Shown here piece after piece: positions 40,052-52,807 of a stretch of DNA of 64,000 nucleotides. Source of the DNA: Paraspadella gotoi (lineage: Eukaryota; Animalia; Chaetognatha); the NCBI GenBank assembly GCA_051294375.1, contig CM119266.1, forward strand, positions 8,803,339-8,867,338, written 5' to 3'. Position numbers and translations under genes: made by a program. The notes beneath the pieces were generated by a model. The model searched no databases. It was not told the DNA's origin and saw only the letters and a list, made by a program, of their open reading frames with translations. Each line of letters begins with the position of its first letter. Within the stretch, counting starts at the first letter, position 1.

Positions 40052-40134
40052 TTAACTCCAGTCTCATACGCGCGATGATGGTTGACGGGGGAAGTTATCG
40101 TAATGTCGTTGGAAGAAGAAGAGTCTCTGCTTCT

Positions 40135-40174
<40 letters not shown>

Positions 40175-40189
40175 CTCTCTCTCTCTCTA

Positions 40190-40241
<52 letters not shown>

Positions 40242-40509
40242 CTCTCTCTCTTCTCTCTTTTTCTCGCGGTCAGTCAAATGTTCAAAGGTCCAACGAGAGA
40301 GGAGGACGAACGCGAGAGGACGAATCGAGCGAGGGGGGGGGAAGGGGGGGCGGGCGATGGAGAAGAAATTGCGAGGGTGTAGGAAGGGCTTAGGGGTGGT
40401 CCGGGGTGTAGAGTTTGGGACAGAAGGGAGANNNNNNNNNNNNNNNNNNNNNNNNNGGGGAGAGGAGTTAAACTAGCTGGTACTAAAGATGAAGAAAGAA
40501 AAAAAAATA

Positions 40510-40826
40510 AGAAGTGGCAAGTCCTAAGAGTTGCGCCAAAGAAACTTTTTTAAATATACACAATTATTACATATAGTAAAAAAATGTATGCACATTATTC
40601 AAAATATACATTTCATGGTACATCACCCTACTACTAAGTATAAATCAAAATTATACAGTGTGAAGTTAGAAATAGTTAAGTCAAAACGTAAGTAAGACAG
40701 ACCAACCGACAGACAGACCAACCGACAGACAGACNNNNNNNNNNNNNNACCGACCGACAGACTGACCGACCAATTAAAAAGTCTCTCGTCGCGTTGCTCC
40801 GCGAGTTCTCGCCGCGCGACTAAAAA
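40510..40826. mobile_element. Second HINE-like element copy
   Basis: AAGAAGT..CAAG..GAGTTGCGCC left motif, ACGTAAGT then (GACA/GACC)n core, and GTTGCTCCGCGAGTTCTCGCCGCGCGACTAAAAA terminus, matching 6475-6775. Confidence 0.55.
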
Positions 40827-42539
40827 ACCCTGTGGACGGATTTCATTTCTCTTCCGCGACGATAATTCAGATTTTCCTTTCCCTTTTTTTTTTTATGGCG
40901 CGAGTTTATTGGTATCCGAGATTTTCGTTCCCGTTTATTTTTTCGTTCTTCCGCTGCTGTCAGTGAGAATGCTGCCGGTGTTACTGCTGCTGAAGCTGCT
41001 GCTGTTGGTATTGCGGTTGTCGTTTTTTTGTTGTTGTTATCTTTTTTGGTTTTTGATGGCTTACTTTTGAAAAAACAAATCAATTAAGGAATGTCACGGA
41101 ATGATTCATAATTAAGTTTAACAAATAGATGTGTTTCTTATTGTAATCCTGCAATATCTAACAAAATATAGCTAGGTATAGCTCGACAAAGCTAAGGTTC
41201 GATTCCCTGATATGGAAAGGATGTTTGCAACGACGAGGACAGCGACGACGCATCTTTCTCCTCTCCTAATTTCCTCGCTTCTTTTCTCCCTTCTTCCCTT
41301 TCTTCCTCCTCTCCTACTCTTCTGCTTCCCTTCTTCCCTCTTTCTCCTTCCTCCACTACTAATCCCTCTCTCACCTCCGTCGTCTTCTCCTTCCATGCCT
41401 ACTTTTCCTTCTTCCTCCCTCCCCCTCCGTTTCTCTCTTTTTCTCCTTTCCTNNNNNNNNNNNNNNNNNNNNNNNNNNNNNNNNNNNNNNNNNNNNNNNN
41501 NNNNNNNNNNNNNNNNNNNNNNNNNNNNNNNNNNNNNNNNNNNNNNNNNNNNNNNNNNNNNNNNNNNNNNNNNNNNNNNNNNNNNNNNNNNNNNNNNNNN
41601 NNNNNNNNNNNNNNNNNNNNNNNNNNNNNNNNNNNNNNNNNNNNNNNNNNNNNNNNNNNNNNNNNNNNNNNNNNNNNNNNNNNNNNNNNNNNNNNNNNNN
41701 NNNNNNNNNNNNNNNNNNNNNNNNNNNNNNNNNNNNNNNNNNNNNNNNNNNNNNNNNNNNNNNNNNNNNNNNNNNNNNNNNNNNNNNNNNNNNNNNNNNN
41801 NNNNNNNNNNNNNNNNNNNNNNNNNNNNNNNNNNNNNNNNNNNNNNNNNNNNNNNNNNNNNNACGTGAGGTCAATTGGGACAAGGACATGAACAATTCAA
41901 AAAAGTTTCCGATCGACTGAAAGACCAAATGATTATATAGTGGCCAACGACAAACGAACCGATAGACCCACCTAGACCCACCAAGGGTCACCGACAAGGA
42001 GAACAAAGAGACTCTTCTTGTCTTTATCTTAATGGCAAAGTCGGCGTCGGCTTCCGGCGTCAGCGTCGGTATCCGGCATCTGCATTGACATCAACGTTGG
42101 CATCTGTTTCGGCAGCCCCGCCAGCGACAACGAAAACGAAATCTCTTAATTATTTCCCGTCGCTTCGGACCCTCTTAGTTGATCGTTCAGTTTCAATTTT
42201 AATAACTAACTCTCGGCGCCGGATGCCGAGACGTCAACCGGAAACCGGTTCCATCAGACGCCATCTTCCTCTTTATGTTATAATTCAAATGAGATCATAA
42301 ACTGATTGGAGTGCTGGCTTCGACTCACGTTCATTGCGAGTTCACTTAAAACGTTCTCTAAAACCTAACGTTTCCCTCCATAACGGACACGCAGTTGTTG
42401 TTTTTGGCTATTGATAATTATATACTCTAATTGTAAATTGACCGTTTTCTGCGCCCATAACTGACATGTAACTGACATGAGCCCCATTGCCTTTGGAGGG
42501 AACAACTTTCTTTCTACAACTTTCATTAGGATAAATCCA

Positions 42540-42599
<60 letters not shown>

Positions 42600-43232
42600 C
42601 ATTAAGAAGACCCTCGTCATTCATTGCCGCGTCACACACAAATTCAATCTCCCATTCTTATTTCCACTTCGCCAACTCAACTCCTTTTTTTCATCAACCG
42701 ATTCAGCGATTCCACGAATCTTAAAGTCATTTAACAAATCTATTTCGTCTACTTTAGCCTTCTCCCCCCCCCCTCTCCCCCCTCTTCCCCCTATCTTAAC
42801 CCAAACCTTTCTTTCTTTATTCTTTTCTTTCTTTTTATTTTATTTTCTTTTCTTTCTTTTTTGTTTCTTTCTTTATTCTTTTCTTTCTTTATTCTTTTTT
42901 TCTTTTTTTTATTTCTTTCTTTTTTCTTTTTTAATCTTTTCTTTCTTTATTCTTTTCTTTCTTTTTTATTTCTTTCTTTATTCTTTTTTTCTTTTTTCTT
43001 TTCTTTCTTTTTTCTTTTTTTCTTTCTTTTGTCTTTTTTTCTTTCTTTATTATTTCTTTCTTTTTTTATTTTCTCTCTTTAAAAATCCTATCCATTCTCC
43101 ATCTTCCCCCCCCCTCCGCCCCCATCTACGTTCCCTTCTGGGTCCCCAGCTTGTCGCAGCAAAGAGTCGGGGACCCAAAGTCACTTCAACGTTTTCCATT
43201 TTTTCGTTTCTCTCCGGATCCAAGGCGGTCGA

Positions 43233-43268
<36 letters not shown>

Positions 43269-43934
43269 AGCCGCTTTCTCCTCTGTCTCCGACGCCGCTT
43301 TAATGACCCTGGGCGCGTTTTACGCTGCGGTCACAGCGACAGGACTCCGCCGCCGCCGCGTCGTCAGCGATATCGTCGTTTGGGTCTTCGTTTATTCATT
43401 GATTGACTTCGGTTTTTGAGTCTTAACTTAACTTGCGACTAAACTTTAGGNNNNNNNNNNNNNNNNNNNNNNNNNNNNNNNNNNNNNNNNNNNNNNNNNN
43501 NNNNNNNNNNNNNNNNNNNNNNNNNNNNNNNNNNNNNNNNNNNNNNNNNNNNNNNNNNNNNNNNNNNNNNNNNNNNNNNNNNNNNNNNNNNNNNNNNNNN
43601 NNNNNNNNNNNNNNNNNNNNNNNNNNNNNNNNNNNNNNTTCCCTTCCCCCCCCTTCTCTCGGCTTTTCCTCCGCCCTTTGCTTTATTGTTCTTCTGCGCC
43701 TTTGCTTTATTGTTCCTCGGGGTCTTTTGCCTCTATCATCCCATTTCGCTTTTTCGCTTCATTGTTCGAGACGTTTTCTACAAATTTTTATCGTTCTTTT
43801 TAGCTAATTTTCCTCATATTTCGCCGGGAGATTTTTTTATTTAAAAATTCTATAGTTTTTTTTTGTTTTTTTTTTTTTTGTAATTTACAGATGGGACTGA
43901 GTTTCCTCCGTTCGTTTTTAATGACACTTTTTTT

Positions 43935-44175
43935 GGCTCTCTTTTCCCAGAGCCCCACATTTCTGTTCATGTATCCTAGAATTCAATTTTTACAATGATA
44001 TTTAACTTAACTTAGTCCTAAACCTTAAACATTGATCCATAACTTTTAACTCTAACCCCTAACCTTAATTACTAAATTAGTCTCTAACCTTAACCTTTAA
44101 CTTAATCTTTAATTAAAAAAGTTAGCCTAATTTCAAATTTAAGATAAAACGGGGCGCTTTTGGAAAATAAGGCCC
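43935..44175. mobile_element. MITE-like element with imperfect ~28-bp TIRs and CCCTAA-like core
   Basis: Left GGCTCTCTTTTCCCAGAGCCCCACATTT; right (reverse complement) GGGCCTTATTTTCCAAAAGCGCCCCGTTTT; internal CCTAAACC/CTAACCCCTAACCTTAA; flanked by T-runs. Confidence 0.6.
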
Positions 44176-45766
44176 TTTTTTTCGTTTTTCTCATTGACAT
44201 TGGCGAAGAAAAAGTCTTTCGCGCTCAATTTTCTACCCTAACTTTAGAAGCTCGAGTTTTTCTCTTTTTCTTCTAAAGTCACAGTGAAAGAAAACTTACC
44301 TCAGTTAATTAAAGGGGTTTAAAATCTGCTCCATCCATTTGAGCCGAAAATTTTGAATCTGTTCGGTTTACATTCTACAATGTACATTATTGAACCGCAT
44401 CAACCGCATTTACTCACCTTTACAATTTGTAGATTCCTTTTAACTCATATTTCTAGACCCCCCCCCATCTGAGCTTTGTTCTCACTCGGCAGATTATTCC
44501 AGTTTTTGTTTTCACCATCACCCAACTTTTCACCCTCCATCCACCACGCGACCGCCCCTATCTTACTGCTTTCTTACCCGCTCTCTTATTCCCTCCCTGT
44601 CTCCCTCGTCCTCTCCCTCGTCCCTGCCTTCTCCCCCCCTACACATCAAGCATTCCGCGTCTTGAACGAGTTTTACCGCGACGACGCCTTTTAGTTGTTT
44701 TATGCCGAGTTCTTGTTTTTCCTTCCGCCGCCGAGGGTAAGCGAAAAACAAATCTCTCTCTCTCTCTTCTCATCTCTCTCTCTCTCTCTCTCTCTTCATT
44801 CTTCTCTCTCTTCTACTCCTCCTTCTGTGTGTGTGTGTGTCCGACTCCACATGGCAATATGGCGAGTTTATTTAAAATCGTCATTTGAGGCCATTCCTTT
44901 TCCAACATCACCGATTCAGTTCCTTCTTGTGGCCCGCTCGTTAAAAGAATAGTTTGAAACTTTGAAGCTGCATTAAGAAGAAGAATAGGCCTTAAAAATT
45001 GCATTGCATTGCTCATTGACGAAATGGTTAAAATAAAAAAGGGGAAAAAGAATACGCAAAGATTATTGTGCAAAATACTTTTTTTTTTTTTAATTCACAT
45101 TGACCGAAAGCAAAAGTATCTAGAATATATATATCCGCTTAGTGATTTCTAGGAAATGATACGGCCAAAAATAGTTTCCCGATCTGTTTCTTGGGTAACG
45201 GAGTGGGCCAGGGCTAGCCGACCTGGTCACCTCCCCCCTCTTCCTCCAATCCTCAAATCCCCTGACCCCCTTCCCCCTTTCTCCCGCTCTTCCTCTTTCT
45301 TCCTCTATCTTTCCCCAACCCTTTTTAAACAACATTCTGGCTGCAGCCTCTCAAAGAATTGTTGTCTGCTACCTTAAACAGCTTAGAGTAAGGTCGTCCC
45401 TTGTTGGACGAATGCCTTTCAAGTTTCAAGTCAAATCTAGTCAAAGACAGTTGGGTAGAAAAATCGAGGATCGACCTTCTTTTAATCCTTATTTTCTCCC
45501 TCCGTCGATCCTCCCGTCCACCCGTCAGTCCGTCCGTTCTTTCGTCTTGTCCCTCCCTCCATTTTCGTACTTTTCTCCTTCAACGAGAATCGCTAATGCC
45601 GTACACTCGTCTGGCAAGAGACGCTTTGACTTCATTGAACTTTCCCATCTCAGCCGAAATGCGCGTTAAAAAAAGGGTGAGTGCTTTTCTTCGACGAAGA
45701 GAGAGAAGAAGAGAGAGAGAGAGAGAGAAAGGAGGTAGAGAGAGAGAGAGAGAGGAGAGAGCGAGA

Positions 45767-45798
<32 letters not shown>

Positions 45799-45882
45799 GA
45801 GAGAAGAAGAGGAGAGAGGGGCCTTCGGATAGGCACATTTAAGACTCCGGAGAGAGGGTCACTATAAAACGATAAAACTTCT

Positions 45883-45949
<67 letters not shown>

Positions 45950-47824
45950 ACTCTCTCTCTCTTCGTCTCTCCTCTCTCCCTCTCAGATCCTCTCCTTTCC
46001 GCAATACAATAAAAACTTCATTTGCATAGAAACGCTCTTCCATTTGTTCTCTTCATGGAACCAAAAACGTAAATACAGTTAAATGAAAGGATCAAATACT
46101 GTGACTATATTTGTTATAGTGTAGGGAGAGACACTAACTCATCGAAGGTGGATTAAGAAAATTTGAATTAAGCACCTGCTCAAAGACAAAAATTTAGACA
46201 TTTTTTTAAAAAAATTTTAATATACAAAAAATTTTAATATTAACTCACCATACTCCATATATTAATTTTTGAATATTTATTTATAAACAGAAAAGGCTAA
46301 AAAATTTTTTATGATTTTTTTATTTTAAGATCAGATTCGGGTAGCTTGCAAAAAGTTGTCTAACACAAAGTATAATTCTTTTTTCGATATTTTGTTCATA
46401 AGTAAGTGAAAAATATGAAAAACTATTTATAATTATCATCATCATCATTTTTTGATAATTTATTATTTTTTCTTAATTTTAACCAAGAAAACATAAACAT
46501 TTTTGAAAGTTGTAGTTATATTTTTTAATTAACTTTTTATGCTCTATCAGAATCCATCAAAAAAAGTTAATATTGATTAAAAAATTTTTTTATCATTATA
46601 TAGTAATATTGTAATTTTAATAGCAATAATAAAAGCATTAAAATCGAACTTTTTTAAAAAATTCTTTTTTTACCTAAAAGTAGACTTCATGACTAAAGTT
46701 TTGAACCCCCGCCCCTAATAAATTTAATTTTATAGTAGATTTCTAGTTATAGCAACTTTAGATTTTACACCCTGGTAAAAAAATCGCTGACGTTTTTTAT
46801 TTTTCAACTCCCAGTAACCCAGCTTGCTTACTTTCTTAGTTATGTGCTCATCAATGGAATGGTCGAAGTTAAAAAATCAACTTTTTTGAATTTGAATAGG
46901 ACCTTCCTTTTATAAGATATATTTTTATGAAGAAAAATGAAATGTTTAAAAATTTCGGTTTATCTTACAAATAAAGACATTAAAGTATGTGTCTGAGCAA
47001 TCAGAATGTCAAAAACTTTTTCACTGCCACAATGACAGCCCTTTCCATTTTATAGTTTTTTCTAGTTAAAACTTATACAAAATAAAAATTCAGTTTAAAA
47101 AAAAATTGAAAAGAACATTGTTCTGGAAAGCGCCTGTTACCTCACTAAACATTATACTTACTAATGAATATAAAATAAATTATAATATTCCTCTCAACTT
47201 TTTTAACAATGAGTTTGAAATTGAATTATCAAATAAGAGGGGAAAATTCTGTGAATCATATTAAGTCAGTTAAGAGTAATAACAAATCTTTTCATTTCAC
47301 TACGATTCGAACTCCGTGTATATCTTTTCAGCAAAAGTAAATGGGCGTTTCGTCGAAACCAATACATTGAGATTTCTTAGAAATTCTTTGACATTTCTTA
47401 GAAATCCCTTGGCTTTTTCCGATGACTCCCCCGAGACAACGTCGACAGCGCATCGAGCCGATAACCGCGCGACGGAAAATCGAAAAGACGTTAAGAGAGC
47501 GAATCTCGTTTTTTTTTTTTTTTTTTGCGCTCGCGGGAAAGCGACGCGTCGTCACTCGCGGGTCCAAAATTCGATTATTTCTCTTTCCCGCGAGACGTCA
47601 TCAGAGTCGAACGACGGAAGCGTCAAACGGCGAAGTTGATTAGCGTCGCCGGTGGTAGATGTCGTTGTTGTTGTCGTCGTCGTCAGTTGTCGTTCCGTGA
47701 CGGCGACGATTATGTTTTCACGCTTGGAAAATTATTCACGTCTCTTTGCGCGTTTATCGATTCTCGCCGTTTTGATTTCGATGAGAACAAAAAGAGAGAG
47801 AGAGAGAGAGAGAGAGAAGAGAGA

Positions 47825-47862
<38 letters not shown>

Positions 47863-48659
47863 AGAGGAGAAGAAGAAGAGAGGGGGGTGAGAATTAACTC
47901 CTTATTTCTCCTCTCACTCCAGAGCGAACTCCCTCTCCTCTCTCATTCCTCTCTCTCTCTCTCTTCTCTCTCTCTTCTCTCTCTCGCTCTCTCTCTTCTT
48001 TTCTCGTCTCTCTGCTTTACTCTCTCTCCTGAGTCTTCTCATTGTCTCTTCTCTCTCGCCCGGTAGCGGTTCGTGTCTAGTTTTGGGTTCTGGTCTCCTG
48101 CTTGCGTGCTTTGTTGGTGATAGTGATCGTGGGTGCTTCTGGATCTGGATCGCCCATGTAGTTATCGGGTCGCTTCGTGAATCTCCTGTCTATTCTCTCC
48201 ATCTCTCTCTCTATCCGTGGTCTTTGTCTCGTTCCTGAATGCTTTTATCCGTTGGGGCCGCGCGCGTGCTGTCCGTGTAATATAGAGCTCGGAGCGTGGG
48301 CTCGGTGTTTCACGTACAGGAGAGAGAGCGAGTGCGTTTTTTTTCTCGGATCGAATGGCTATTATCGGGGTTTTCTATGTAATAGATCATTGGCGCCCTC
48401 TCGTCGTTCATGGCTTTCTGTTGCCCTCTTTCTCGTGCCCGTCTCTCTACTATCTCTCTCTCATTGCTCGTCTCTCTCTCCTCTCTCTCTTCTTCTCCCT
48501 CGCTCTCTCATCATCTCCCTACGACTTTTAATTAGAAGTCGATGAGGGAGTGGCGAAGATGGAAAGAGAAATAACCATTATATTAAATAAAAGCATAGAA
48601 GACGATAAAAAGATGAAAGAAAAAACTGAGTTGGGGGAGAACTAAACATCGCTCGTTTT

Positions 48660-51560
48660 CAAAAGTTTCTCTGCGGCTGAGATCGTTGGAGGGCATATAC
48701 TTGCAAGTTCTGCACAGAACCCGAAGTTTCGGTCACTGCTATGATTGTTTTCGGCTGCCGGGCTATGTTTGTTCTGCCTCCGTCCGCGGGCTCAGGTCGC
48801 GACCTGTCCGAATCCTGACGCCCCGTACGGATACAATTTTTTTCTCTTCGATCTATCTCTTCAGCTTCCCATCTCACGCCGTCGGCATCTGAATCAGAGT
48901 CCGCCATACGACGGAGCTGAAAGTCGCGGATAAGAGACCTCTTCTGCTTTCTTTCCTTTAATCCCAAAGTGAAAAAAGAATGAATAAAAATAAAAGTTAT
49001 TATTTTTAAACACCCTATTCATTTTAGATTTTAATTTCTTTTCTATATTTCAATTATTATTTTTTACTTTCTATCTTCCATGATTTCTGAATTTTTTTGA
49101 CTTTATTCTTTTTTCCTTAATTTTGTTTAACATTTTTTTCTTTTTATTTCATCTTGTTCAATGGTATAAATATTTTTTAACCTGAACCAAAAAAGATATA
49201 TTTTACAATTTGTTATATAAATGATTTTAAAAATAATTAAAAAAGAAATACAGGCTGACAATAGCTTAGCCTAAGCTTAGGTCCTAAGTTAGGAATTCCC
49301 AGACAACTGTTTGCTCGGGCTTTTGGTTTGCAGCTTTGCCCCATCTCCTAGTAAAGGCGACCTCGTCAGAAACAATTTGGTGCAAAGACAGCTTTCCCAG
49401 ACAAAAGATATCGTTAAACAACTTTGCTACAACTTTTTTTTTACAAAAATATATTTTAGCTAATCGAATTAAAAATTAAAAGGAAATAAATCAACCTAAA
49501 TGTTTACTTATTCTTTCATCAATCGCTTATTAACTCATTTAATTAACAATAAAATCTTGAAATTATAAAACTATATATAAAATAATTGCAACAAATTTTG
49601 CTTTGTTTCATCACTTTCAGGTTGATCTATGCTTTTTTCTGTCTTAATCTTATTTTTTAAATTTTTGTATTATTAATATAATATTTCATAGAAAGTAAGT
49701 AAAAAGAATTTTCCGTCCGCGACGGCGACGATGCTCCGGACGTAGTCCTATTGATTCGCGGATTTCTCCGAGCAGAGTTTTTTTCTCTCGATCCGCGACC
49801 TCGAGTCCGGCGGCAAAGATTGGCCGGTCGAACGAGTGGTCCGGCCATGATGGACAAAAGGCGTCGTGGCCAGAACACCCGTGGCTTCCTAGCCGCAGAA
49901 TGGCTCGGAGTAAAGGCCATGGTCGTTAGAGAAATCCCTGGGTGCAAAGAACGGGAGATAAATTTAAAGGAGGAGATTAAATAAAAAGTAAATAAACAAT
50001 AAATAATAAACAAAAAATGAAATTAATTTTTTCTTTCTTTTTAAAGACATCGGAGATCCTTTGAAAACTATATTCTTTTATTGTCTCACACCGGAGAGAA
50101 ATGTTTTTTTTTTTATTTAACTCTTTTGTATTTTCGAAAATTAATTGTTTCGACATTAAGCTAATTATTATTTAATCGTACCGTGTTTACGATCCAGAAG
50201 CCAATTTACGTATTCAAAAATAATTGATCGAAACTTAATTAGGATAAAATAATGCGAATTAGAAACTTTGGTCCTTTGTATGACTTTGTTGCCAAGAATA
50301 ACGGCCTGATTTTAAACACTTAATTTCATAAATAAATTATAGGTTTTTATCCTAGTTTTTTTTGTTGATTGATGGAATTCTCGACGGCCAAAGCTCAGCT
50401 TTACTTACCTTTTTTTCCCGCGAAAAAATTCTCGTTTTTTCTCCATTTCCCCTCCCCCTCTCCAAAAATATGATGACCGGAAAATATTTTCTCTACGATA
50501 AATGACCAAAACATAATCCCCCAACTGACGTCAAATAAAACTTTGCTTGCTACATGTCCAATATAAAGCAGAGTAAAACAATGGGATTTACTCTCTCTTT
50601 CTCTCTTTGTAAAAATATTGAAACCCGTTGAAAATGTTAAGACGAAATAGACTTAGTCAAAATATACTTAAACATTTAATTATAGCAAAAACATTATAAC
50701 TTTTAACATTTCATTATTTAACTCCCCAACTCTCAAAATCTCCAGACGACAGAATCACATCCACTTAAATCTCTTCGGCTCCAGAAAACATTATTCTGCC
50801 TGCCCTCACCTTTTTTTTGAATGGATACAAAGCAATCTCTTCTCTCCTCTCTCATTCTCTTCTCTCCTCTCTCTCTCCTCTCGTCTCGTTCTCTCTCTGC
50901 TCCGTCTCTCTCCCTACCTCTTCTCTCTTTTCTCGTCTCTTCTCTTCACATTCCATACACATCCATGGCAAGACAGACTTTTGTCATTTTTTTTTATCCG
51001 CCGTAGGGGTTTTATATTCTTTCTCTTTTCCTCCTAATCCTTTCTCTCTTCCTCTTTTTTAAAAAATTACTTTTCTTTTCTATTTGTTCTGTTTTGTTTT
51101 TTTCAAGTGGTTAGATCTATTCGGCTTTCCCCAGTTTCAAGGTCAACCACGAATTTCTCTTCCGTCGTAATGAAGCGCAATAGAAGAGATTCCTCTATCC
51201 TCTCTTCTGTTTCTCTCATCTCTTCTCCTCTCTTCCTCTACCGTCTCTCTATCGTCTCCCTCTCTGTCTCTCTCAAATCCCATCTCGTCGTTCTTCTTCC
51301 TCATCCTCTCTCTCTCTCTCCGTCGTCTCTCTTCTCTTCTCTCCTGTCCGATCGCCCCCCAATAAATCTCTTTCTTCCTGCCTTTTCATGAAAGAACCGG
51401 TTTTCTTCTTTCGTAAAGAAAAAAAAGAAATAATTCTCTGTTTTTTTTGTTGCCTACGAAAAAGTAAAACAAATATGAGTTCCATGTAAACGGAAAAGCG
51501 GTGGTACGACGATCAAACGACGACGACTACAAGCGAAGCAAAAAACACACGCCGCGTGTC

Positions 51561-51644
<84 letters not shown>

Positions 51645-52502
51645 AGAGAGACACGTAGCGATGAAGGACGCGACGAGCGACGACGATGAACGAAGTCTTC
51701 TCCGAGTCTGACTTGTCTCCCTCTCCCTCTTCCTTCATTCCTCCTTCCCTCCTCCTCCTTCCCTCTGCTTCCTCTTACTCCCTTTCCTCCTCTTTTCTTT
51801 TGCTTCTTTTCCCTCGTCAGATGCACGGTTGATCAACTGAAAAAAGAGAAGAAAAAAAATATGTTGAAGTATTTTATTTTCCAATTTTTTTTTTTGTTCA
51901 ACTGCGAAGCAGATGTTTTGCGCCTTAATTGGTCTTTGTTTTTGTCACTATGGTGGCGGCTGGTTATCTGTCTCTCTCTCCTCTCTCGTTCGATCTCCTC
52001 TTCTGTCTCTCTCTCCTGTATCTCGTCTCCTCTCTCTCTCTCTCTCGTCTCTCTCTCGATCTCTCGTCTCTCTTCGTCTCTCTCTGTCGTCTCTCTCGTC
52101 TCTTCTGTACAACGCTAATTCTACTTGTCAACAGCACGTTTAATACCGTGCCTCGCGCTGGTAGTTTCGCTTATAGTTATAACTTATATGTGTTGTGTTT
52201 TGTTGCTTTTTTTATCCCAAGAAATAAAGCCGCACTTTTAATATCCAAGAACCTTTTTTTCTTTCCTTTTTTCTATCTTTAATTTTCTTTCTGTCTAATC
52301 ATTTCCTGGTTTTTCATTTCAACTTTTTCTCATTCATTCCAATCCTTTCCATTTTTTTCTTTCCTTTTTTTTCTCCTTTTTCCACCCTTTCTTTTTAAAA
52401 TTCTCCATTTCCTGCAACCAGTGTTTTCTCGTCTTTTCTTTTCCTCCCTTTTTTTTTTATTTCAGTCGCCCCGGTTTCTTTTCCTCTACAATTTTTTTTC
52501 GA

Positions 52503-52541
<39 letters not shown>

Positions 52542-52775
52542 CTTCCTCTCTCTCTCTCTCTCTCTCTCTCTACTCTCTCTCTCTCTGTCTCTCTCTCTCT
52601 CTCCAGAACTTTTCATGTGTTTGCTGTCGGGTTCGGGGTCAAAAAGTTCAAAATGTTGTTTTTAAAGGAACATTACCAAATACGCATACAATTTTAAAAA
52701 ATTTTGTTTTTTCGACCCGTATCTTTTAATGGAAAGAAGCTATAAGCCCGCTTAATCATTTATCATGTTATCTTC

Positions 52776-52807
<32 letters not shown>

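Larger units (their letters stand above)
34312..40125 (+). repeat. Tandem duplicate of block 29684-34271
   Basis: Starts TTCAATAAC..TTCGCTGATTAAAAAAA as at 29684 and ends TCGTAATGTCGTTGGAAGAAGAAGAGTC as at 34271. Confidence 0.95.

Noticed and set aside
41453-41862. ORFs spanning N runs (also 32895, 43451, 57738, 62650)
   Set aside because: Artefacts of assembly gaps.
45595-45683. Possible + strand exon MPYTRLARDALTSLNFPISAEMRVKKR with GTGAGT donor
   Set aside because: Isolated, with no partner exon or homology evident.
46115-47160. Possible Tc1/mariner-like AT-rich element with TA ends
   Set aside because: Terminal similarity is too weak and there is no second copy in the window.
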